Source of the DNA: Candidatus Saccharimonadota bacterium
GTDB taxonomy: Bacteria; Patescibacteriota; Saccharimonadia; Saccharimonadales; HK-STAS-PATE-42
Assembly: GCA_036826375.1 (NCBI GenBank)
Contig: DAISWL010000001.1
Span: forward strand, 40,201 to 104,200
Direction of reading: 5' to 3'
DNA: 64,000 nucleotides
Part shown: positions 36,766 to 44,599 of the stretch, one piece after another
Layout of the letters: each line of letters starts with the position of its first letter
How positions within the stretch are numbered: position 1 is the stretch's first letter
Notes under the pieces: generated by a model
What the model saw: only the letters and a program-made list of their open reading frames with translations
The model's database searches: none
What the model was told of the DNA's origin: nothing
Translations under genes and position numbers: made by a program

Positions 36766-36870
36766 AAACTTAAGCTTAATTGTCAATCATATAATCACGC
36801 TTTAGGTAAATAAAACTCCTCCTCCGGCGTCATCCCCGGCGGGAACTTTGGCATATACTTTTTTCTATCA
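36766..36870. repeat. 105-bp direct repeat, copy 2 (carries the -35 of the 36715 ORF promoter)
   Basis: See copy 1. The two copies are spaced 667 bp apart. Confidence 0.9.
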
Positions 36871-36886
36871 CTAGCCTCGCTAAAAC

Positions 36887-37462
36887 TTAAACCTTTTTAA
36901 ACTTTTGAAAAATCAGCACCATCCCACCAACTATTGTATTTATAATTAGTAAGTAGATTACAAATACCTGATCAACAGATATCTCCCCGGAGGCCAATAA
37001 TGCGAATAACGCTCCGGCGGCCCCTGCAAGCCAGAACCAAAATACTTCGTCTCTTGGTTTCTTCCAAATTGCAACTATTGTTGGTAGGGTCGCAAAAAAA
37101 TCGGCCAAACAAATTAGCATAAGACCACTGAGGGCTTGGCCAGATATACTCCATACAATAAGGCTTAGAGATAGTAATAAATAACAAATTATATCAACTG
37201 GCCCCAAGCCACCCTTGCCGTTTTTTATTGAAACTACGCCAACCAAAATACATACGATGAGTTCGCTTAAGTTTAGCCAAATAGCCCCCGAACCAGATCT
37301 TAAGCTTAGTTGCTGGGCCAACGAAACTGCAAGCAATAGAATATACATCAACCTAGTAGCCCTCTCCGGTGTAACCGATCCAGAAATAATACTCCTTATA
37401 TAAGATATAGATGCCAGTATCGGGACTAAAAATGCCAACGTTCTGTATATTAATTCCGTCAT
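36887..37462 (-). CDS. polytopic membrane protein, function unknown
   Basis: About six hydrophobic helices. No motif recognised. Confidence 0.6.
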   Translation of the reverse strand: MTELIYRTLAFLVPILASISYIRSIISGSVTPERATRLMYILLLAVSLAQQLSLRSGSGAIWLNLSELIVCILVGVVSIKNGKGGLGPVDIICYLLLSLSLIVWSISGQALSGLMLICLADFFATLPTIVAIWKKPRDEVFWFWLAGAAGALFALLASGEISVDQVFVIYLLIINTIVGGMVLIFQKFKKV

Positions 37463-37520
37463 AATAAATCATCTTCCTTGTAGCAACAATTCTAGCATCT
37501 AGATTTTATCTTTCATAAAG

Positions 37521-38345
37521 TTGTCTAGATTTACGGACAACTATGTTATAATAAAGACTATGATTGAATCAGATTTTTCATCCATCAAACAAGTTTTGCA
37601 AGATCTAAAACTGAGCGATGAAGCCAGCGAGGTCTACATTTATCTCTGTAAAAATGGCCATTCTTCCGTTTTAAACATTGCGAGCAAAACTGGGATTAGC
37701 CGCACCCAGGTATATCGGCATTTAGATGCCCTCACTAAGCTTAATCTAGCAAGTGAAGAAAAACCCTATTGGGGAACCTACTTCTACGCCCTACCCATAT
37801 CTAACTTAAGCGGCGAGATTGAGCTTCAAAAACAGAGCCTAGAAGAAGCCTCACTTAAGCTTAAGGCCGCGGAAAGTGTTTTTGATAACCTATTCCAGAA
37901 CAATAATTCCGCTCAAACCATAAATTACCGAGGGGTTTCTGGCCTTAAGCAGGCTTTGTGGAACATTACAAAAGCCGAAAAAGAATACAAAGTTTTTGAG
38001 GTTGATCATATCTCTAACCTGTTAGATCTTAAGTTTAGCAAAAGTATACGCCAGAAGCAGATTGATAAACAAATTAAAAGTTACGATTTATCTAACCAAA
38101 AGCTTCATAAAAAAGAAGAGCTAGAGCCATTTGATCCAAATTTCAGCAAACTCAAGTTTATAAGGCCAGAGGTTTTAAAAATTAAGTTTGAAATTATTAT
38201 CTATAACGATATCATTACCCTGATTGATTACTTCAAGCCGGAACCTGTTGCCATGGAAATCAAAAACCCAGCCCTAAACTTAATGATGAACCAAATGCAC
38301 GATGCCTTCTGGGCCATGGCCGAGGAGGTTGAGTGGGAAGGCTAG
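37521..38345 (+). CDS. TrmB family transcriptional regulator
   Basis: N-terminal wHTH (LSDEASEVYIYLCKNGHSSVLNIASKTGISRTQVYRHLDAL) with a TrmB-like C-terminal domain. Confidence 0.7.
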   Translation: MSRFTDNYVIIKTMIESDFSSIKQVLQDLKLSDEASEVYIYLCKNGHSSVLNIASKTGISRTQVYRHLDALTKLNLASEEKPYWGTYFYALPISNLSGEIELQKQSLEEASLKLKAAESVFDNLFQNNNSAQTINYRGVSGLKQALWNITKAEKEYKVFEVDHISNLLDLKFSKSIRQKQIDKQIKSYDLSNQKLHKKEELEPFDPNFSKLKFIRPEVLKIKFEIIIYNDIITLIDYFKPEPVAMEIKNPALNLMMNQMHDAFWAMAEEVEWEG

Positions 38346-38416
38346 GTTTTTAAGCTTAGGCTTAAGATCTCAGCAACAAGAGAACTAAACCAATGCATTT
38401 ATATTTTTTGCTTGGT

Positions 38417-38611
38417 TCAGAATTTGCAATATGCATATTTTGCATATTGCTCTTTAGGCCATCTTTCTATCTTCCAACTATCCGGAAATTCCGGATAGTT
38501 GGATCTTACTTCAATCTCTCTTATGTAAATAGCGGCCTTCGCATGATCGTCCACCATCCCCACCGCTTGCATAAATGCGTAGCAAATTGTTGGTCCAACA
38601 AAGTCTTGCAT
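38417..38611 (-). pseudogene. 3'-end fragment of a DNA-3-methyladenine glycosylase I (tag) gene
   Basis: It starts ..FVGPTICYAFMQAVGMVDDH, matching the C-terminus of the intact tag at 39480-40043. 38553-38604 is 50/52 identical to 39517-39568. Confidence 0.7.
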
Positions 38612-38634
38612 TATATGTAGACCTTTGGTATACT
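38606..38634 (+). promoter_or_regulatory. promoter TTGCAT-N17-TATACT of the membrane-protein/PadR cassette
   Basis: TTGCAT lies at 38606-38611 and TATACT at 38629-38634. A strong SD (AAGGAGG) lies before 38673. Confidence 0.55.
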
Positions 38635-38672
38635 ACGTTAGGTAAGAAATAATTTGAATAAGGAGGTTACGT

Positions 38673-39125
38673 ATGTCAAAAGAACTCAAAAACACTCAAG
38701 AAATCAACTCTAAATCAATACTACTGCCCTATTTTATATGCCTAATTATTGGATGCTTACTTTTGCAGACATTTATCTCTTTTAACGATCATGAAATATC
38801 TCTGGCCTCCAACATCCTACTAGCCTTAGTTGCGCTATCTAGCGCGCCTTTTCTTATAGCGAACAAAACTAAACTTAATAAAATAAGATTTGGGTACTTA
38901 GTTTTAAGCTTAGGAACTTTTGTAATAGTAAACGGAAGTTACCATCTTCATGCCTACTACTTGGCGGTAATAAAATCACCAGCACTAGTTAGCGGAGCTG
39001 ATTATTTACCGATTAATAATGGTTGGTTTGGTCTTATTTTTGGAATGCCAGGATTTTGGGCGCTAGGTTTAATTGTTCATATAATAGCTAGTGTAGTCCT
39101 CAGAGGCTTTGAAGAAAGAAGATAG
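38673..39125 (+). CDS. small polytopic membrane protein
   Basis: Four hydrophobic helices, upstream of and adjacent to a PadR gene. Confidence 0.6.
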   Translation: MSKELKNTQEINSKSILLPYFICLIIGCLLLQTFISFNDHEISLASNILLALVALSSAPFLIANKTKLNKIRFGYLVLSLGTFVIVNGSYHLHAYYLAVIKSPALVSGADYLPINNGWFGLIFGMPGFWALGLIVHIIASVVLRGFEERR

Positions 39126-39133
39126 CGTATTTT

Positions 39134-39472
39134 ATGCTCTCAGAAATTGAAGAATATATCGAGGAACTAGCTCAAAGCTGGTCAGAAGTGTACAAAAAAA
39201 GTATCACCACTTACTTACTGCTAAGTATTTTAGAGAAATCAGAAATGTGGAGCAAACAAATCCACGAGGAGTTGAGCGCACTTTCTTTTGGTAAGCTAGC
39301 TCTAGATGGAAAAAGCCTCCACAGAACCCTAAGAAGGCTCGAAAAACAAAGCTTGGTTACGTATAGATTAGAATCCGGTGATAAAACCGGCGCAAAACGC
39401 AAAATCTACTCAATAACCCCAGAAGGCAGTCATCTGCTAAGAACCGTCAAAAATAAATATTTAATTGCTTAG
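39134..39472 (+). CDS. PadR family transcriptional regulator
   Basis: wHTH pattern (TYLLLSILEKSEMWSKQIHEEL...SLHRTLRRLEKQSLV). Confidence 0.8.
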   Translation: MLSEIEEYIEELAQSWSEVYKKSITTYLLLSILEKSEMWSKQIHEELSALSFGKLALDGKSLHRTLRRLEKQSLVTYRLESGDKTGAKRKIYSITPEGSHLLRTVKNKYLIA

Positions 39473-39479
39473 GTAAGCA

Positions 39480-40043
39480 CTAGCTTTTAAAGTAGCACGT
39501 ATGCTCGTGGTCATTAACCATCCCCACCGCCTGCATAAATGCGTAGCAAATTGTTGGGCCAACAAAGTTGAATCCTGCCGATTTTAAAGCTTTGCTCATA
39601 GCTTCAGATTCTGGGCTCTGGGTTGGAATATCACTTAAACTTAAGTTTAGATTATTAGATTTTACAGGGGCGAAGCTCCATAGAAACTCAGAAAAATTAG
39701 TTCCCTGACCCTTAAGCTTAATGTAGGCCTGAGCGTTTTGAATAGCCGATTCTATTTTTTTACGATTCCTAACAATTCCAGAATTTTGCATTAAACTTAA
39801 TACTTCGCCCTCACCGATCGCGGCCATCTTTTTGGCATCAAAATTATAGAAAGCCTTATCATAATCATCAAATCTTTTAAGCACCGTTAGCCAACTGAGG
39901 CCCGCTTGAGCTCCTTCTAAAATCAACATCCTAAATAGTTCTTTAGGATCTCGCACTTCCCTACCCCAAACCTCATCATGATACTGAATATAGAGCGGGT
40001 CGCTTAGGCACCAGGTGCATCTTTTTAATTCTGGGTGATTCAT
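39480..40043 (-). CDS. tag: DNA-3-methyladenine glycosylase I
   Basis: MNHPELKRCTWCLSDPLYIQYHDEVWG... The zinc ligands are present at both termini. 187 aa from the ATG at 40043; the track ORF starts further upstream. Confidence 0.9.
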   Translation of the reverse strand: MNHPELKRCTWCLSDPLYIQYHDEVWGREVRDPKELFRMLILEGAQAGLSWLTVLKRFDDYDKAFYNFDAKKMAAIGEGEVLSLMQNSGIVRNRKKIESAIQNAQAYIKLKGQGTNFSEFLWSFAPVKSNNLNLSLSDIPTQSPESEAMSKALKSAGFNFVGPTICYAFMQAVGMVNDHEHTCYFKS

Positions 40044-40098
40044 ATTCTGTTTAATTCTAACATTATTCAGAGATATTACGCTTAAATAAATATATACC

Positions 40099-40127
40099 TT
40101 GCATTGCAATGCACATGGTGATACAAT
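40099..40127 (+). promoter_or_regulatory. promoter TTGCAT-N17-TACAAT overlapped by a 14-bp perfect palindrome (PadR operator candidate)
   Basis: TGCATTGCAATGCA lies at 40100-40113, the -35 at 40099-40104 and the -10 at 40122-40127. Confidence 0.6.
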
Positions 40128-40150
40128 CTGTATCAGAAAGGTAAAATATA

Positions 40151-40489
40151 ATGGATGATGACAATATAAAAAGTTTTGAAACCCAGCTTCGAAAAGGCCT
40201 GCTAACTTACTGTATCTTAAGCTTAGCGCTTGGTGGCCAAGTTTATACCTCTAAAATTATTGAGGAACTTAAATCTGCCAATATGATAGTTACCGAAGGT
40301 ACCCTCTACCCTCTTCTCAACCGTCTTTCAAAGAATGGTTTTCTGAACCATGTTTGGGAAGAATCTAGTGGCGGTCCGCCAAAGAAGTATTATTCTATCA
40401 GTAAAGATGGCCGGCAATACCTAAAAAAGCTAGATTTAGCCTGGAAGAACATCTCAGTTAGTATAAATAAAATAGCAAAGGAGAAATAA
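40151..40489 (+). CDS. PadR family transcriptional regulator
   Basis: GTLYPLLNRLSKNGFL and ...KKYYSISKDG motifs. Confidence 0.85.
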   Translation: MDDDNIKSFETQLRKGLLTYCILSLALGGQVYTSKIIEELKSANMIVTEGTLYPLLNRLSKNGFLNHVWEESSGGPPKKYYSISKDGRQYLKKLDLAWKNISVSINKIAKEK

Positions 40490-40491
40490 TT

Positions 40492-42021
40492 ATGAAGAAA
40501 ACTGAAAATATAAGCCTTGCATCTACCCCTGTAATCATAGATTCTGATGCTTATTCAAATTTAGATAAGTATCTTAAAAAGATTGACCTTAAGTTTAATA
40601 AAGATGAACTCGATGAACTTAAAAAAGATGTCGAAGTTCGCGTTTTAGAGCTTTTATACGAACAAGGCTGGAAGCCAGAAAGAAGCATATCTGCAGCTCA
40701 GGTTGAAAGAGTTATTGATCAAATTGGCGAAATTGAACCAGATAATGATAATTCAGAAATAAACACCGAACAGAAAACCAAGCTTAATAAAAAACTTTTT
40801 AGAGATCAGAAGAACGGTCAGATATTTGGAGTTTGTCAGGGCTTAGGAGAATATTTTGGCATAGATCCTGTTTGGCTGAGATTGCTATTTATTATTCTGA
40901 CATTTGTTACAAGTGGTGCATTTATTATTATCTATCTCGTAGCCGGATTTATTATTCCAGAAGCCAAAACTGAATTTAATCGTGCTCATTTAAGAGGTGA
41001 ACCCCAAGACCTAGTATCTGTACTCAGTAATATTAATGATGAAGAAAAAACTCAGCGGTTTTTAAAAAATACCAATAATATCTTAAGAGGGATAACAAGG
41101 ATTGCGCAGAAGGTTATAGTTACTATAATTAAGTTGTTTTTACATTTTATTAGATTCGTTTGTTTAGCAGCGGCAATATTCATGATTTTTTGGCCAGTGA
41201 TATTTATATGGTCCGATAATTACCAAAAAGAGTTAAATATCTTCCTAACACCCCTTAACTTAAGCGAAAAAATCGGTTTTTCGTTGCTACTACTGAGTGT
41301 CGTATCCTTATTAATATTAGCCTTTTTAGGTCTAACTAAACTACTTAGTGGTAGCAAAAATAGATACAAATTTAGGCTCGCCCCTGCATTATTTACCATT
41401 CTGGCGCTAACTATGATACAACTACCTCCTGCTGTTTTGTGGGGCAAAAACTTTAGTTCCAGGAACCAAGACTGGGAAGTTATGAGTAAAAGATATTTCA
41501 GCCCAGTGCAATATAAAAATAACTTAAGCCAAACTAAACTTAATATAGAAGCCAATGGCAAATTTACCTACGCCATAGAATTTTCAGATGATAATACATT
41601 TTCCCTAGAGGCAAATGTTTATAAAAATCTAAGTGATGATTTTAGGCTTGGAATAGTTAACCAGAATGAGGCCAAGCTAACCTCTCCTACATATACCAAG
41701 GTATTACAAACACGTGATGATATCTGTTTAACATGTAGCCAGGCTAGATTTTCCCATGAAGATGGATCGATAGCTGGATTAATTACGCTACGTGTACCCA
41801 GAACCTTAAAGACCATAGATATTAGCAACAACGGAACTGATTTTACGGTTAATACTCAATTTATTGTTAGCCCAGATGTGCTCAATAGCGGATTAATATC
41901 GGGTATAAATAATGATAATGGCGACTATGAAACGAACCAGTTTATAATTATTAATCAAAGAACTAATGAAGTTATCTATCCAAAATTTATGACTAACAAG
42001 GGCATCGAAATCATTCACTGA
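40492..42021 (+). CDS. PspC domain-containing membrane protein
   Basis: LFRDQKNGQIFGVCQGLGEYFGIDPVWLRLLFII is a PspC domain, followed by several TM helices. Confidence 0.8.
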   Translation: MKKTENISLASTPVIIDSDAYSNLDKYLKKIDLKFNKDELDELKKDVEVRVLELLYEQGWKPERSISAAQVERVIDQIGEIEPDNDNSEINTEQKTKLNKKLFRDQKNGQIFGVCQGLGEYFGIDPVWLRLLFIILTFVTSGAFIIIYLVAGFIIPEAKTEFNRAHLRGEPQDLVSVLSNINDEEKTQRFLKNTNNILRGITRIAQKVIVTIIKLFLHFIRFVCLAAAIFMIFWPVIFIWSDNYQKELNIFLTPLNLSEKIGFSLLLLSVVSLLILAFLGLTKLLSGSKNRYKFRLAPALFTILALTMIQLPPAVLWGKNFSSRNQDWEVMSKRYFSPVQYKNNLSQTKLNIEANGKFTYAIEFSDDNTFSLEANVYKNLSDDFRLGIVNQNEAKLTSPTYTKVLQTRDDICLTCSQARFSHEDGSIAGLITLRVPRTLKTIDISNNGTDFTVNTQFIVSPDVLNSGLISGINNDNGDYETNQFIIINQRTNEVIYPKFMTNKGIEIIH

Positions 42022-42703
42022 TTTCATACTCCCCTATTTTAGTGCGACGGAGTTCGCTCATATACGCCCCACATTTTAGAATCTGACCAATATCGTTAAT
42101 CAAACTACGGATGTAGGTCCCACTCGAAACATGAACCTTAAACTTAAGCTTAGGGTAAGCATATTCCAAGATTTCTAGAGAATAAATTTCAACTTGACGA
42201 GGCTTAAGCTTAGGAGTCTCACCTTTTCTGGCTAAATCGTAGGCTCTTTTGCCATCAACTTTTATAGCACTGAAAATTGGCGGGGTCTGTTCAATTTTGC
42301 CAACAAAAGATTGGCATGCCCGCTCAAGCTCTCCCCTCTCCAACTGGAGAGGGGCTGGGGGTGAGGTTGAATCGGAAGGCAGAGTTGTTAATTCCCCTTC
42401 ACCATCATAAGTTGTAGAAACTAAACCTAGCGTTGCCTCGGCAATATAAACTTTATCTTTTTTGAGGAATGTATCGGCCTGTTTGGTCATTTTACCAGTT
42501 AGCAGAATTAGTAGACCCGTTGCTATCGGATCCAAAGTCCCAGTGTGACCAACCTTAATTTTGCGCCCAGATTGCACCTTAAGCTTAGCGCGAACTACAG
42601 ATACAGGGTAAAAAGATGATTTCCCCTTTGGCTTATCAAATAAAACAATTCCCTCTTCGGGAATCTCAATTTGATTAACATTTTCCATATTTACAACTTG
42701 CAT
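42011..42703 (-). CDS. truB: tRNA pseudouridine(55) synthase
   Basis: GHTGTLDPIATG catalytic motif and ...PPIFSAIKVDGKRAYDLAR. Confidence 0.9.
   Translation of the reverse strand: MQVVNMENVNQIEIPEEGIVLFDKPKGKSSFYPVSVVRAKLKVQSGRKIKVGHTGTLDPIATGLLILLTGKMTKQADTFLKKDKVYIAEATLGLVSTTYDGEGELTTLPSDSTSPPAPLQLERGELERACQSFVGKIEQTPPIFSAIKVDGKRAYDLARKGETPKLKPRQVEIYSLEILEYAYPKLKFKVHVSSGTYIRSLINDIGQILKCGAYMSELRRTKIGEYEISE
42333..42366. repeat. 34-nt GC-rich palindromic element inside truB (in frame)
   Basis: CCCCTCTCCAACTGGAGAGGGGCTGGGGGTGAGG is 32/34 identical to the intergenic copy at 56789-56822. Confidence 0.85.
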
Positions 42704-42762
42704 AAAACTCCATTATTTGCTATGATTTAGTTATCACGACGAAAAGGGCTCCAAAAGGCTAA

Positions 42763-43293
42763 TTACCTACGGACCCTTTTTCTTTTTTCTATCTTAGATT
42801 TTACATCTCTATTGCTAAGGCAATCATAAAACACGGTTCTAATAGATTTATATAGTGAAGACGCCCTGGCGCTTGGGAATAGAATCTTCTTAAACTTATT
42901 TTGCTCTATCAAGAAATCAACTAGCATTTTGTAATCACCATCACCAGATACCAAAACAATTTTATCGAATTTTTCTTTAAGATAAAGCCTCTTCATAATA
43001 TTGAAGATTATATCAGAATCAACATTGCCTTTTTTATTAGAGATCATCGCCTTGCTGTGCTGGCGAAAAACTAATATGAATCCGGCAGATTGGATATCTT
43101 CATATAATTCTTCTGCTTGCTCGCCCTCCTGAACATATCCAAGATAATAATAAGCCTTTTCTACTTTATACTTTTCTTTTAGATAAACCCTAAAACGTGC
43201 TAAATCTATATACCAGACAGGCTCACCTTTGGTTGTTCCAAGGTGTAAGTTCTGCCCATCAATATAAGCATAGTTACATTCTGTTCTATTCAT
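42763..43293 (-). CDS. NYN-domain (LabA-like) protein
   Basis: YAYIDGQNLHLG... and ...LVSGDGDY motifs. Confidence 0.75.
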   Translation of the reverse strand: MNRTECNYAYIDGQNLHLGTTKGEPVWYIDLARFRVYLKEKYKVEKAYYYLGYVQEGEQAEELYEDIQSAGFILVFRQHSKAMISNKKGNVDSDIIFNIMKRLYLKEKFDKIVLVSGDGDYKMLVDFLIEQNKFKKILFPSARASSLYKSIRTVFYDCLSNRDVKSKIEKRKRVRR

Positions 43294-43345
43294 TTCTTAA
43301 AATCCATATTCCTTTTTTGCCCATACATTAAGTATAGCGTAAGTT

Positions 43346-43566
43346 TTAGCTTTTCAGATGTAAAAACCCGCTCTGAACATTTAGTTCATTAAGCTTAATA
43401 AATTCCTGGACCCTAAACGCTGCTTGGTTGCAAAAAGATGCACTAATCCCCTCGCCTATTTCAATTTCAGAAAGCTCCCCTAAAAACTCTGGCCTACTAA
43501 ACTTAAGCCAGCAAGTTCGAGAAACTGTTCAATATTTTTATTAGTGCGGAAGCTGTAGATGAGCAC
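43346..43566 (-). pseudogene. frameshifted remnant of a small unknown gene
   Basis: Own translation gives two overlapping frames, (V)LIYSFRTNKNIEQFLELAGLSLVGQ and EFLGELSEIEIGEGISASFCNQAAFRVQEFIKLNELNVQSGFLHLKS*, joined at a T5/A5 run near 43482-43486. Confidence 0.3.
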
Positions 43567-43567
43567 G

Positions 43568-44116
43568 TTAGCCTATAGTATATTCCCAGCCTGGTTGCCA
43601 GGCTTTGGTTTTCCGCCAATCTTCAGCCAGAGCCTGCTGCCAGGTTTTTCCATTAGTAATAACTTCAAAAGCTATCTGAGGAGCCTTATGAGCCACTATT
43701 GCTATATGCTTACCGTCGTATTCTTCTTTGATATCATCCAAAAAGCTTTGAATTCTTTTTTTTACATCCTCATAACTCTCGCCATTTGGAAAAGGTTTAT
43801 CTATGCATTCTTCTTCCTGCATATTTTCAACAATGTCAGATGAGGCTCCGTTTAGATCTCCGTAATTGCATTCTCTTAATCTTGCATCCTCTATTATAGG
43901 GTACATTCCTTCCCACGTTATATGAGTGGAATCAACTGCGCGCTTTAAATCTGAACAGAAAACTACATCAAATTTCTTATCATTTGATTTCTCTTTTAGT
44001 TCTTCTGATTGTCTTATACCAAGTTCTGACAACTCAATATCCTTCCAGCCAGAAGATAAATTAGCCTCATTATCGACCGTCGTTCCGTGCACAAAATAAG
44101 TTATTTTTACTGACAT
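43568..44116 (-). CDS. histidine phosphatase family protein (phosphoglycerate-mutase-like)
   Basis: N-terminal ITYFVHGTT and a later ...IVAHKAP motif. Confidence 0.75.
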   Translation of the reverse strand: MSVKITYFVHGTTVDNEANLSSGWKDIELSELGIRQSEELKEKSNDKKFDVVFCSDLKRAVDSTHITWEGMYPIIEDARLRECNYGDLNGASSDIVENMQEEECIDKPFPNGESYEDVKKRIQSFLDDIKEEYDGKHIAIVAHKAPQIAFEVITNGKTWQQALAEDWRKTKAWQPGWEYTIG

Positions 44117-44117
44117 T

Positions 44118-44579
44118 TTAATTCCCTTTCACCTCTTCCAAAATTTCTTTAGCGTTATCATCTGGTTTTACTTTGCGGTAGATTTTATGAACTTTGCCTT
44201 CAGGATTTATCAGAATGCTGTCACGGCTGATGCCCATATACTTTTTACAGAACATCGATTTTTCTACCCAAGCTCCGTAAGCTTCAATCGCTTGGTGATC
44301 AGGATCGCTAAGCAGATTAAACTGCAAGGAGTGCTTATCTGCAAACTTCTGGTGCGAAGATGTTGAATCCCGGCTGATTCCCAGAATCACGGCGTTGTTT
44401 TGTTCTAATACAATTCTGAGGAGCTCGAACTCGCAGGCTTCTTTGGTGCAACCGGGAGTGGAATCTTTAGGGTAAAAGTAAACTACTACCCATTTGCCCT
44501 TAAAATCATCTAGGGAGATTTCCTCCTCGTTTTGATTCTTAAGCTTAAACTGCGGTGCTTTGTCTCCGGTTTTTATCAT
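44118..44579 (-). CDS. bcp: peroxiredoxin (Bcp type)
   Basis: VVVYFYPKDSTPGCTKEAC active-site region. Confidence 0.9.
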   Translation of the reverse strand: MIKTGDKAPQFKLKNQNEEEISLDDFKGKWVVVYFYPKDSTPGCTKEACEFELLRIVLEQNNAVILGISRDSTSSHQKFADKHSLQFNLLSDPDHQAIEAYGAWVEKSMFCKKYMGISRDSILINPEGKVHKIYRKVKPDDNAKEILEEVKGN

Positions 44580-44599
44580 ATAATTACCCTTCTAATTTT

